Assembly: GCA_965197905.1 (NCBI GenBank)
Contig: CBDAOB010000004.1
Span: forward strand, 1,568,001-1,632,000
DNA length: 64,000 nt
Direction: 5' to 3'
Origin: Candidatus Latescibacterota bacterium
GTDB taxonomy: Bacteria > Latescibacterota > UBA2968 > UBA8231
The notes beneath the pieces were generated by a model that did not search any database, was not told the DNA's origin, and saw only the letters and a list, made by a program, of their open reading frames with translations. Of this stretch, positions 1 through 9,372 are shown in pieces. How positions within the stretch are numbered: the stretch's first letter is position 1; the number at the start of each line of letters is the position of its first letter. The position numbers were made by a program, and so were the translations under genes.

Positions 1-208
1 TCATATGGTGGCGCTGGTGGGATCTGATCATGTCGGGTTCGGCACCGATTTCCTCGGCCAGGCAGAGAACCGGCCGCCCGGATTCGGAGATATTGGCGAG
101 TGTGGCAACCTCGAAGCGGGCTTGGCGCGGCGGAATCATGATACCGAGACCATAGGAAAGCTCATGGGTTTGAATTTCATGCGGGTTTTTTCCAGTGTTG
201 TCGGATAG
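1..208 (+). CDS. Membrane dipeptidase (M19) family, C-terminal fragment; gene starts upstream of window
   Basis: DHVGFGTDF motif and C-terminal 'IGKLMGLNFMRV' typical of renal-dipeptidase-like amidohydrolases. Confidence 0.75.
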   Translation, partial: HMVALVGSDHVGFGTDFLGQAENRPPGFGDIGECGNLEAGLARRNHDTETIGKLMGLNFMRVFSSVVG

Positions 209-274
209 CATGAGCCGCGAGCTGCTCCTTTCCTCCGTGGCGACGGATTGCACCCTTACTGAAACGAGCTGTCA

Positions 275-1125
275 ATGAATCCGACGATAAAGAAACTGTC
301 GCCGCACATTGCGGCCGAAGTGTTCGGGGTCGACTTGCGCCATCCCATTGGAGCGGAAACCGCTGAGTTGGTGCGGGACGCGCTCTACGAACACGCCGTT
401 CTCCTCTTCCGGGATCAGGAGATTACCGACGATCAGCACGTCGCCTTCAGCGAGATCTTCGGCGCCCTCGAAATGACCTCGCCCACCGATCCGATCGGCG
501 ACGGGGGGCCGGTGGGTGTTATTTCCAACCTGGATCAAAAGGGAGATATCATCCCGTCGGAAGATCCGCGGGTGCTCTACCTCGTTGGCAACAGCTTGTG
601 GCATTCGGACGGATCGTTTAAGAAGGTTCCGCTGCGCGCTTCGCTGCTGCTGGCCAAGGTGAAGGGGGCAATACCGAATTCGCCAGCCTCCGAGCCCCTT
701 ACGAGGCCTTGTCCGTCGAAAAACAAACAACCCTGGAAGATTTGGTGGCGGTGCACAGTCTGGCCTATTCCAGGGAAAAGATCGCTCCCAACCTGGTAAG
801 CGATGAATGGAAGAAGGAGATCCCACCGACCCCTCAGGTGATGGTGCGCACCATCCCTGAAACCGGTAAGAAAGCGCTGCTCGTCGGCTCCTACACTACT
901 CACATCGTCGGCTGGCCCGAAGAGGAAGGCAAAGCACTGCTGAAGGAACTGTATGAGTGGTGTACCGAGCCCCAGTTTGTCTACAACCACCAATGGCGGG
1001 CCCACGATCTGTTGGTGTATGACAATCGTCTCTGCTTGCATCGGGTTCGGCCGTGGGATATGGATCGCTACAAGAGGATTCTCCATCGCACCACGATTCT
1101 TGGCGATGGACCAACGGTGCCATGA
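275..1125 (+). pseudogene. TauD/TfdA-family 2-oxoglutarate/Fe(II) dioxygenase, frameshifted by a small deletion at ~660
   Basis: WHSDGSF (HxD) in ORF 275; after 660 the frame shifts to EGGNTEFASLR...YDNRLCLHR (ORF 709-1125); the usual 'VPP' before EGG is missing. Confidence 0.85.
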
Positions 1126-1177
1126 CATGGCTGGCTTGCCGTAACCCGCTGAACTAACCCTGGAGTGCCCTATCCCT

Positions 1178-1902
1178 ATGAGGACCTATCCGCGTTACAG
1201 AGTGGCAGCAGCCCATATGGCGCCGGTCTTTCTGGACCTTGAGGCGACCGTCGACAAGACTTGCTCGGTGATCCGCGAGGCCGCCGAGAATGGCGCCCAG
1301 CTGGTTGTGTTTCCAGAAACCTAGAAACTGGTGTGGGCTGCGGGAGGTAGGTCGAAAGATGCACCTCTTCGCCCTGCGCTAACATGGTATACCGCGCCAG
1401 CGACATTGTGGACCTTGCCCTCGAAGGAATGGACGCCGGCGCGGAGCAGAATCGCCCGCTCCAGGTCGTCTGGACCGGAGCTGGCGGCCGTCGCCGAGGC
1501 GGCGCGACAGAGCGAGATCTTCGTTTCCCTCCAACGTCCTGATCGATGACCGCGGCGTGATTCGCTGCCATCACCGCAAGATCATGCCTGGATGGCCCAG
1601 CCAAAGAGCGCCTTGCCGTCTGCGGCCCGGAAGCTGAGCGAATACTGGAGAACAGCCCCCGGGGCATCTCGGTGGTCATCGGACCTGACGGCAACCCGGT
1701 GAGTGAGATTCTCAATGACGAGGAGGGGCTGCTTTATGCGGATATCGATCTCGCCCTGGGTGTCGAACCGAAGCAGATCCATGACGTCGTCGGGGGGTAC
1801 AACCGCTTCGACATCTTCGAGCTCAAGGTGAATCGGTCGGCGAATCGACCCATCTCCTTTGATCCGTCGCCGGCTCACGACGATAGACCGGACGGGTCCT
1901 GA
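1178..1902 (+). pseudogene. Nitrilase (carbon-nitrogen hydrolase), scrambled and partly deleted
   Basis: [20 protein letters not shown]...LVVFPET start, HHRKIMP, KLVWAAG, C-terminal EEGLLYADIDL...HDVVGGYNRFDIF; two internal pieces lie on the minus strand. Confidence 0.88.
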
Positions 1903-2033
1903 CGCGATCTTTTCCCGCTCGGGCGGTACCAAGGCCATGGGCCTGACCCGGGCCCGTCAGGAACAGTCGGGCCGATTGCGCGTTGTCATCTATTGAGGTG
2001 GGGGCGTCAAGAATGCATTCCAATGGAGGAACC

Positions 2034-2939
2034 ATGTCGATTCGACCGATCAAACAGGTGATTCAATCGGAACCGGTAGTTGAAGGGGCAGGTGTACGTT
2101 TGCGCCGGGCGTTCGGTTTTGGCAAAACCGACGACTTCGATCCATTCCTGTTGTTCGATGATTTTCGCAACGACAATCCCGACGACTACGTCGCCGGTTT
2201 CCCATGGCATCCCCACCGGGGGATCGAAACTATTACCTACGTTTTAGCCGGCACCGTGGACCATGGCGACAGCCTCGGCAACCGCGGAACCCTGGGTGCC
2301 GGGGATGTGCAGTGGATGACCGCCGGCAGCGGCATCCTGCATCAGGAGATGCCCAAAGGCAACCCCGACGGCCGCATGCATGGATTCCCGTTGTGGGCGA
2401 ACTTGCCATCGGACCTCAAGATGTCCTCACCGCGCTACCAGGACGTGTCGGCGGCGGATATCCCCGAGATCACCGATGACGACGGAACCTCGGTGCGTGT
2501 GGTGTGCGGTGAATTCTGGGGCAGGAAAGGGCCGGTGGATGGAGTCGCTGCGGAACCGCGCTATCTCGATGTTTTCGTTCCTGCGGGACGCCGGAAGACG
2601 CTGCAGGTAGAGACCTCGCGCCACGCCTTCGCTTACGTCTTTGATGGGGCAGGTTCCTTCCGTGACGCCTCCGAACCGCAGACGGTGCTCACGGAGGAGG
2701 TGAAGGCGACGGGACCCACCCTGACCGAGACCGGCAATCGATCGTTGGTACTGTTCGACTCGGGCGACGAGGTAACCGTTCAAGCCGGCGATGCCGGGAT
2801 CCGGTTCTTGCTGGTTTCGGGGCAACCGCTTGAGGAACCGGTGGCATGGCGCGGGCCGATCGTGATGAATACCCACGAGGAGCTGCGACAGGCCTACGAC
2901 GAGCTGCGCGACGGCACCTTCATAAAGAGCCAGCCATGA
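2034..2939 (+). CDS. Pirin family protein
   Basis: DPFLLFD, GFPWHPHRGIETITY, QWMTAGSGILHQE, GPIVMN; GGAGGA RBS before ATG 2034. Confidence 0.93.
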   Translation: MSIRPIKQVIQSEPVVEGAGVRLRRAFGFGKTDDFDPFLLFDDFRNDNPDDYVAGFPWHPHRGIETITYVLAGTVDHGDSLGNRGTLGAGDVQWMTAGSGILHQEMPKGNPDGRMHGFPLWANLPSDLKMSSPRYQDVSAADIPEITDDDGTSVRVVCGEFWGRKGPVDGVAAEPRYLDVFVPAGRRKTLQVETSRHAFAYVFDGAGSFRDASEPQTVLTEEVKATGPTLTETGNRSLVLFDSGDEVTVQAGDAGIRFLLVSGQPLEEPVAWRGPIVMNTHEELRQAYDELRDGTFIKSQP

Positions 2940-3709
2940 TCGCGAGAAACGATTGGGAACTGCTGCTAGAACAGCGGCAAGATCTGAGCATTGCAAGTGG
3001 CAATCTGTCTGACCTGGCCGCGGCCGTGCGCCGGGGCGCCGATCTGAGGTTGTACATGACACACGAGAAGTACGAAGAGACCATGTACTTCCAGCAAACC
3101 TACGCCGGCGAGGGTGATGATTTTGCGGGCCTCATGAGTCATCACCATAGCTACGCCCACCGCGGCGAGAAGATCGACGAGCCGTATATCTGCATCTTCA
3201 AATATGACACTTCCGGTCGTTTCGACCTCATGAAGTGGAAATTTGGTGATGTCATCCTCGACGAAAGTCAGGCCTATCCCTACGGCGTGTATCGCTGGTT
3301 CGTCTGCGATCGCTGGCGCTGCGTCTACGCAAACGACGCTGAAGGCAAGCGCGTCGCCGGTGACCTCGATGAGCTCAAGGAGTGCGTGCGGCAGGGCCGC
3401 TCCGTGCGGTTGGGGGTGCGGCAGCTGTTTGGTCTGGCGGAGGAGCAGACCGATGGTCCAAGCCATACCTCGTTTCTGACGACGATGCAGCCGGTCATCA
3501 AAAACGACCATGTCCAATCCAACTGCGATCTGGTCGCCGTCGGCGCACCCAAATGGCCCTGCGAATGGTCTGATGGGCTGCACCTTGCTGCGATGTTGCC
3601 TTCAACCAGTGGCGAGATACTCTGTTTCCTGGTCGAACCGGGAAAACTGCCGTTCAAACCGACACCACGGCGGCGGGCGATGCAATGGCTGGTAGCTGAC
3701 ATCGCGTGA
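2936..3709 (+). CDS. Hypothetical protein with two internally homologous halves
   Basis: ATGA overlap with the pirin stop; repeated W..L...G.L..L...VR.G...RL motif. Confidence 0.7.
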   Translation: MIARNDWELLLEQRQDLSIASGNLSDLAAAVRRGADLRLYMTHEKYEETMYFQQTYAGEGDDFAGLMSHHHSYAHRGEKIDEPYICIFKYDTSGRFDLMKWKFGDVILDESQAYPYGVYRWFVCDRWRCVYANDAEGKRVAGDLDELKECVRQGRSVRLGVRQLFGLAEEQTDGPSHTSFLTTMQPVIKNDHVQSNCDLVAVGAPKWPCEWSDGLHLAAMLPSTSGEILCFLVEPGKLPFKPTPRRRAMQWLVADIA

Positions 3710-3725
3710 GCAAGCAGATGGCGCC

Positions 3726-4151
3726 GTGTCTGAGCTGAAAACGAAACCGGGGCAGGAGAGCGTGGAGACGTTTTTGGCGAGCGTCGAGGACGGTCCGAAG
3801 CGGCGCGACTGTCTAGATTTGGCGAAAATGATGACGCAGATCACCGGTCGTGATCCGGTGATGTGGGGCGGCCGCATGGTGGGTTTCGGCAGCTACCACT
3901 ACCGGTATGATAGCGGCCGCGAAGGGGACTGGTTCGTGACCGGATTCGCCCCCCGGAAACGGGATCTGACGATCTACATCATGCCTGGATTCGACGAGCA
4001 CGGAGAGCTATTGAAAAAACTCGGCAAACACAAGAGTGGGAAATCCTGTCTGTACGTGAAGAAGCTTGCCGACGTGGATGTGAGTCTGTTGAAAACCCTG
4101 GTGGAGAAATCGGTGCGGCAGATGCACGAGATCTACGGTGACAACGAGTGA
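3726..4151 (+). CDS. DUF1801 (YdhG-like) protein
   Basis: MWG..MVGFGSYHYRYDSGREGDW, GFAPRK, LGKHKSGKSCLYVKKLADVD. Confidence 0.9.
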   Translation: MSELKTKPGQESVETFLASVEDGPKRRDCLDLAKMMTQITGRDPVMWGGRMVGFGSYHYRYDSGREGDWFVTGFAPRKRDLTIYIMPGFDEHGELLKKLGKHKSGKSCLYVKKLADVDVSLLKTLVEKSVRQMHEIYGDNE

Positions 4152-4704
4152 CTCGATGACTCCAGAGATCGAGCACGTTTGGCGGCAATACCACGAGAAA
4201 CTCGGAGCCTTTATCAGGGCCCGGGTTGGGGTTGAGGACGCGGACGATATCCTGCACGACCTGTTCCTGAAGATGCGAGCCAAGTTGCCTCAATTGGAAG
4301 ATCCAGATCACCTGCGGTCTTGGTTGTTCAGGATTGCCAGCAACGCGATCATCGATCACTACCGTTCGAAGCGCCCGACGGAAGAGCTGCCGGAGTGGCT
4401 GGCGGAACCCTTAGCGGACCCCGCGGATCGGACCAAGACCGAACTATCGGAGTGTCTGCGTCCCATGATTGAGGAGCTACCGCCGGACTATCAGGAGGCG
4501 GTCTACCTGGCCGAACTACAGGGTCGTACCCAGCGCGAGGTGGCTGCCGCCCAGGGACTGTCGTTGTCGGGGGCCAAGTCTCGCGTACAGCGGGGCCGCG
4601 CCATGCTGCAGGAGATGCTCGCCGCCTGCTGCGACCTGGAGCTCGACCGGCGTGGTCACATCCTGGATTACGAAAAAAGGAATTCCTCCTGCTCCCGTTG
4701 CTGA
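4138..4704 (+). CDS. sigZ: ECF RNA polymerase sigma factor, SigZ-like, with Cys-rich C-terminus
   Basis: Region 2 'DADDILHDLF...SWLFRIASNAIIDHYR', region 4 'LSLSGAKSRVQRGR', tail ACC...CSRC; start could be ATG 4156. Confidence 0.85.
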   Translation: MTTSDSMTPEIEHVWRQYHEKLGAFIRARVGVEDADDILHDLFLKMRAKLPQLEDPDHLRSWLFRIASNAIIDHYRSKRPTEELPEWLAEPLADPADRTKTELSECLRPMIEELPPDYQEAVYLAELQGRTQREVAAAQGLSLSGAKSRVQRGRAMLQEMLAACCDLELDRRGHILDYEKRNSSCSRC

Positions 4705-4710
4705 TTGAGC

Positions 4711-4759
4711 TGCGTCCTTTTTGAGCTTGCTCCGTCTTAGGGATGAACCCATTCATCCC
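4711..4759 (+). promoter_or_regulatory. Putative ECF promoter (TGCGTCCTTTT...CCGTCT) followed by a perfect 8-bp inverted repeat GGGATGAA-CCCA-TTCATCCC upstream of arsM
   Basis: CGTC-type -10 element typical of ECF promoters, located between the sigZ stop and the arsM RBS; inverted repeat at 4740-4759. Confidence 0.4.
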
Positions 4760-4777
4760 ATCAGAAGGAGGTACCTC

Positions 4778-5563
4778 ATGAATGCAACCAACCACGAAGA
4801 GATCCGCAGCTCCGTGCGCAAGAGCTACGCCGAAGTGGCGGATTCGGCCGAGCAGGGCTGCGGTTCTCCGGCATCGTCCTGCTGTGGCGATCCCATTTCG
4901 ACCACCGTCGCGGAGACGGCGCTTTCCTTAGGTTATTCCGGCGAGGATCTCGCTGTTGCCCCGTCCGCATCGAATTTGGGATTGGGTTGCGGCAACCCGC
5001 AGCTGATCGCCGCCATCAGATCGGGAGAAACGGTGCTTGATCTTGGCAGCGGCGCCGGCTTCGACTGTTTTTTGGCCGCCCGTGCCGTGGGACCCACCGG
5101 CCGCGTGATCGGCGTCGATATGACGGCTGAGATGGTGAGCAAGGCCCGTAGCAATCAGGCCGCATCCGGACTGGCAAATGTAGAGTTTCGTTTGGGTGAG
5201 ATTGAACATCTGCCGGTGCCTGATAATTTTGTGGATCTGATTATCTCCAACTGTGTCATAAACCTGTCGCCGGAGAAGGAACAGGTATTCAAAGATGCCT
5301 TCCGCGTCCTGCGGGCCGGAGGACGGCTAGCCATTTCCGACATGGTCGCTCATGTCGATATTCAAGAGGAGATTCGCCAAGACGCGGCTCTTTACAGCGG
5401 TTGTGTAGCCGGCGCCGTTACGGCCCGGGAGATCGAGCACAGCCTGCGGCGCGTGGGGTTCGAGCAGGTTCAGATCGGCGCCAGAGCGGGGGACGAAGAC
5501 AACGATACTCCGGTCTATGCCGCTCTGATCCAGGCGACCAAACCAAAGCAGACCCCGGTCTAG
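4778..5563 (+). CDS. arsM: Arsenite S-adenosylmethionine methyltransferase
   Basis: SCCG, LGLGCGNP, VLDLGSGAGFD, IISNCVINLSPEK, GCVAGA; AGGAGG RBS. Confidence 0.9.
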   Translation: MNATNHEEIRSSVRKSYAEVADSAEQGCGSPASSCCGDPISTTVAETALSLGYSGEDLAVAPSASNLGLGCGNPQLIAAIRSGETVLDLGSGAGFDCFLAARAVGPTGRVIGVDMTAEMVSKARSNQAASGLANVEFRLGEIEHLPVPDNFVDLIISNCVINLSPEKEQVFKDAFRVLRAGGRLAISDMVAHVDIQEEIRQDAALYSGCVAGAVTAREIEHSLRRVGFEQVQIGARAGDEDNDTPVYAALIQATKPKQTPV

Positions 5564-5633
5564 TTTGTTGCGCCCCCCGGCACACAGCGCACAAGGACGT
5601 CATGGGGCAGAAGCGAGTCGAAGCGAGGTAACC

Positions 5634-6764
5634 GTGGGGGACCCACTTAGAGATATAGACACGCCAGCGGTTTTGCTGGATCTGGAAAAGCTGGAATCGA
5701 ACTTGGCCAACATGCAGCGCCGCGCCGACGATCATGGCGTGACGCTGCGCCCCCATGCCAAGACCCACAAGTCGATCGAGATCGGCCGCCGGCAGTTGGC
5801 CCTCGGGGCCGTCGGCCTGACTGTGGCCACGGTTGACGAAGCGCTGGTGTTCCTGCGGGGGGGTGTCGACTCGATCACCCTGTCGCGGCCGATCGTGTCG
5901 GCCGGCGCCTACAGACGGCTCTTCTCGGAAGAGGGCGCCACGACGGCGAATCTGAGAATCGTCGTAGACTCAGAGGCAGGGGTCGATACCGCTTCGCAGT
6001 GTGCGGTCGATGCTGGCCGTACCCTGGGCGTGTTCATAAAGATCGACGTGGGTCTGCGGCGGTGTGGTGTGGATCCGTCAAGCCCGGCTGCGCTGCAGTT
6101 AGCACGCCTGATCGGCCAACGCCAGGGCCTTGAATTTCGCGGCATTCTTTCCCACGCCGGTCAGGTTTACGCCGTGGACTCGCCAGCGAAAGCGACGGAG
6201 ATCGCCGAAACGGAGCGCGCGCTGATGATGGGGGTGCGCGACACCCTTCTCGACGCGGGCATCGCGGTCCCGGAGGTATCGGTCGGGTCGACGCCAACGG
6301 TATTGGCGGCCGCAAGTCTCAAAGGGGTCACGGAGATCCGGCCGGGCAACTACACCTTCTTGGATCTGCTGCCGGTCAAGGTGGGCGTCGTTGGCGAAAC
6401 GGACGTGGCCTTGACCGTCTTGGCGACGATCATCAGCAAAAACGACGAATTTTTCGTCACCGACGCCGGCTCGAAGACCCTCACATCGGACACCGGCGGC
6501 CACAGCATCGCCAGTGCGGATGGTTTTGGGGCTGCCTACCCATGGGACCGTTTCCTGGACCGGGCCCACCGGCTCACCGTAGCCGGGTTGTCGGAAGAGC
6601 ACGGCAAGCTGGCGCGGTCAGGCTTCGATCTGCCGGTGGGATCGAAGGTTCGGATTATCCCTAACCACTCCTGTCCCGTTGCCAACCTCGGCCGCAGTTA
6701 CACCGTTCTCGACGGCGACCGGGTCGAGGTATGGCCCGTGGACGCTGCGGGTTGTTCCAAATAG
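5634..6764 (+). CDS. PLP fold-type III enzyme (D-threonine aldolase / DSD1 / alanine racemase-like)
   Basis: TPAVLLD, LRPHAKTHK, VGSTPT, EIRPGNY, LSEEHG, IPNHSC. Confidence 0.9.
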   Translation: MGDPLRDIDTPAVLLDLEKLESNLANMQRRADDHGVTLRPHAKTHKSIEIGRRQLALGAVGLTVATVDEALVFLRGGVDSITLSRPIVSAGAYRRLFSEEGATTANLRIVVDSEAGVDTASQCAVDAGRTLGVFIKIDVGLRRCGVDPSSPAALQLARLIGQRQGLEFRGILSHAGQVYAVDSPAKATEIAETERALMMGVRDTLLDAGIAVPEVSVGSTPTVLAAASLKGVTEIRPGNYTFLDLLPVKVGVVGETDVALTVLATIISKNDEFFVTDAGSKTLTSDTGGHSIASADGFGAAYPWDRFLDRAHRLTVAGLSEEHGKLARSGFDLPVGSKVRIIPNHSCPVANLGRSYTVLDGDRVEVWPVDAAGCSK

Positions 6765-6801
6765 CGTCTCGCCACAGATTCGCAAGACCACCGGAACGAC
6801 G

Positions 6802-7554
6802 ATGATTCCCTACGACCAGATCGACACCCTTTTCTTGGACGTTGGCAATACCCTGATTTCCATCGACTTCGAGCGCGTTGCGGGGGAATTGGGGCAGCGC
6901 GGCGTACCCAGCACCGCGGAAGCTATCTATCGAGCCGAGGCGGCGGCGCGCCCTCATCTTTCGGAGATCTTCTCCGAAGGACCCACCACCGAGGGTCTCG
7001 ATCCGTTCGAGACCTTGTTGCTGGGTATTTTTTCTTGGCTCAAAGAGGTGCCGGACGGCGCCCGAGCGGCGCAACTTGCGGCCGAGCTAGGTCCGGTTTT
7101 GCTGACTCCTGGTCGCTCTGATCTGCTTTGGTGCACGGTGATGCCGGGCGTAGTTGAGGCGTTGCAAAGCTTCACGGATTGCAGGTTGAAGCTGGTGGTC
7201 GTCAGCAACTCCGACGGCACCGTCGAACAGAACCTGAAGGATCGCGGACTTGATATCTATTTCTCCCATATCATCGACTCGCACGTGGTTGGGATCGAGA
7301 AACCGGATCCGGGCATCTTCGAATACGCCCTTGAGATTGCGGACGCCGATAGCGCGTCGACTGTGCACGTCGGCGATATGTATTTTGCCGACATTGAAGG
7401 CGCCCGCCGGGCTGGACTCGATGCCATTCTCCTGGATCCGTTTGACGATTGGCACGACACAGATTGTAGGAAATCCCCTGACTTGAACAGCTTGGCGAAA
7501 TCCATTCGCGACGCCAGGTCCAGCGGCGACGCACAAGGCTCGAACGACCGATGA
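6802..7554 (+). CDS. HAD-superfamily hydrolase
   Basis: FLDVGNTL, VVSNSD, EKPDPGIF, HVGDMYFADIEGA. Confidence 0.88.
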   Translation: MIPYDQIDTLFLDVGNTLISIDFERVAGELGQRGVPSTAEAIYRAEAAARPHLSEIFSEGPTTEGLDPFETLLLGIFSWLKEVPDGARAAQLAAELGPVLLTPGRSDLLWCTVMPGVVEALQSFTDCRLKLVVVSNSDGTVEQNLKDRGLDIYFSHIIDSHVVGIEKPDPGIFEYALEIADADSASTVHVGDMYFADIEGARRAGLDAILLDPFDDWHDTDCRKSPDLNSLAKSIRDARSSGDAQGSNDR

Positions 7555-7600
7555 ACCAGAGACGTCAAGCTCCTCGATACCCCTGCATCGGTGTGACCGC

Positions 7601-8305
7601 ATGAGCTGGGAGCAACTCCAATCGCTTCAGCGGGAAGCCAGACATTCCACTTTTTCGAGTGTACTGGTTGCCGCGGTGGCCATTCTTGCCTGCTCCATTT
7701 GCGACTCCCATGGAGCAGGCGGCGCTCCCAAGAAGACGGTCAAGGAACCCACGGCGGAACGGGCCATCGAGGATTACAACAGAGGTCTCAAACACCGGGA
7801 CAAGGCGTGGAAGTACGAAGAAAAGGCGGCAGCGGCCGGGAAGGAAAAGGACCGCTCGAAGAATCTGAAGAAAGCCCGCCGAGAGTATCAGAAAGCAGCC
7901 GGAAAGTTCGAGGCCGCCGTCGACAAGGATGCCCGCTTCCATGAAGCGTTCAGCAGCCTCGGGTATGCCCGACGCAAACTCGGCATGTACCAGGGTGCCC
8001 TGTCGGCCTACGACACCGCGTTGAACCTCGCCCCAGACTATGCCGAAGCCGTTGAGTACCGAGCCGAAGCGTATCTATCTCTGAATCGAATACCGGAAGC
8101 ACAGCGGGCTTACTATAAGCTTGTCGGGCTTGACGACGACGGTGCGGCCAAGCTCCTGTCGGCGTTTTCCGGCTGGGCAGCCGAACGTCGCGCAACGCCG
8201 GTGGCAACGGTGACGGAGGAACAGCTGGAAAGCGTCGAGTATTGGATCGCACAAAAGCGGTCGACCGCTCCCTCCCACGACATCGATTCTCAGAGCGAGT
8301 GGTAG
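7601..8305 (+). CDS. Exported tetratricopeptide repeat protein
   Basis: N-terminal hydrophobic stretch; TPR patterns AFSSLGYARRKLGMYQGALSAYDTAL, AVEYRAEAYLSL; start uncertain. Confidence 0.75.
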   Translation: MSWEQLQSLQREARHSTFSSVLVAAVAILACSICDSHGAGGAPKKTVKEPTAERAIEDYNRGLKHRDKAWKYEEKAAAAGKEKDRSKNLKKARREYQKAAGKFEAAVDKDARFHEAFSSLGYARRKLGMYQGALSAYDTALNLAPDYAEAVEYRAEAYLSLNRIPEAQRAYYKLVGLDDDGAAKLLSAFSGWAAERRATPVATVTEEQLESVEYWIAQKRSTAPSHDIDSQSEW

Positions 8306-8356
8306 CTGCCCGGCCAGCAGCTCACCGGCATTCAACCGATGTGGTGCTTGGGGCTT

Positions 8357-9109
8357 CTAGTCCCAGACGACGATCTCGATTCTGCGGTTCAGCGCTTTGT
8401 TTTCAGGGGTGTCGTTTTCCGTGATCGGGTGCTCCTCACCGTAGCCATTAGCGTCGATCATGCGCTCGGTGATGAAGTCGTAGGTCCCGATGAGGTACTG
8501 GCGCACCATGTTTGCCCGATCCTCCGACAATTGTTTGTTGTAGTTAGCTGGCCCGTCGTTGTCGGTGTGCCCCTCCACCACCAGCTTGCCAGGTGAGAAC
8601 AACCGCACAAACTCCGCAACCTTGGCGAATTCCTCGGCGGCCCCCGCCTTCAGACCCGATTTGCCGGGATCGAAGAGAACGCTGGAATCAATGATCAGTT
8701 TGGGAACCACGATATCCCCCTTCAGTACTGTGCGGTATTTGATGAGGGGGTTTCCCATGGCCTGCGGATGCAGCGTAAAGACCCCGCTGGCCGAACCTGT
8801 CTGCGAAACCTCGATCCTCATCGTCCCTACCTGTACGCGCACGGCCGGTCCCTGGCTGCCCATGGGGTAGACCTCGCGGTACACGTTGAGTTCGTCGCCT
8901 CGATGAATGGAGGCTTCTCGACCCCTATCGATGTAGCAAGAACGTTTGCTGGCAACGTCTTCGGGCAGGTCGCCGGGATTATGTTTGTTCAGCACCAACA
9001 TCACACGGGGTGGGTTAAATTGAGACTGGGCTACGGCTGAAGTCAGCACCACCAGTCCTGCCGCGAGGGCGAACATCTTCGCGGTCAAGCGGCGATGGGT
9101 AGAGGGCAT
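8357..9109 (-). CDS. OmpA-family peptidoglycan-binding protein with an N-terminal FlgT-C-like beta domain
   Basis: VLFDPGKS, VEGHTDNDG..YN.QLSEDRA, GYGEEHPI, NRRIEI; signal peptide. Confidence 0.85.
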   Translation of the reverse strand: MPSTHRRLTAKMFALAAGLVVLTSAVAQSQFNPPRVMLVLNKHNPGDLPEDVASKRSCYIDRGREASIHRGDELNVYREVYPMGSQGPAVRVQVGTMRIEVSQTGSASGVFTLHPQAMGNPLIKYRTVLKGDIVVPKLIIDSSVLFDPGKSGLKAGAAEEFAKVAEFVRLFSPGKLVVEGHTDNDGPANYNKQLSEDRANMVRQYLIGTYDFITERMIDANGYGEEHPITENDTPENKALNRRIEIVVWD

Positions 9110-9372
9110 TTCGACCTGCTTTCGCAAAAAACGTCGGCCGCACAACCCCAAACAGACTCCTTCTGGAAGTGCCGCGGCTCACCCAAGGTGCATCCACCTT
9201 GAGCCTTTTTTTGTGTCCTCGATCACATTCCCAAAAAGGGAACAGGCGACGGGGCCATATGGCCAGGTGTGCGCGGTTCTAGGAATTCGTATATTCCGCC
9301 CGACTTGGGCGCAATCGCCGCACTCCGAAACCCCTTCGCTGTTAAGAATGAAACGTAGCGGATGAACGCAAC

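Noticed and set aside
1176..1715. Minus-strand 179-aa ORF as a real gene
   Set aside because: Only the inverted nitrilase fragment inside it is protein-like.
2386..2391. Pirin GFPLW instead of the usual GFQLW as an inactivating change
   Set aside because: A single substitution that could be an error or tolerated; cannot be evaluated here.
9176..9212. Hairpin CAAGGTG-CATC-CACCTTG plus T-run as an ncRNA or attenuator
   Set aside because: Lies between divergent genes with no recognisable RNA family; support is insufficient.
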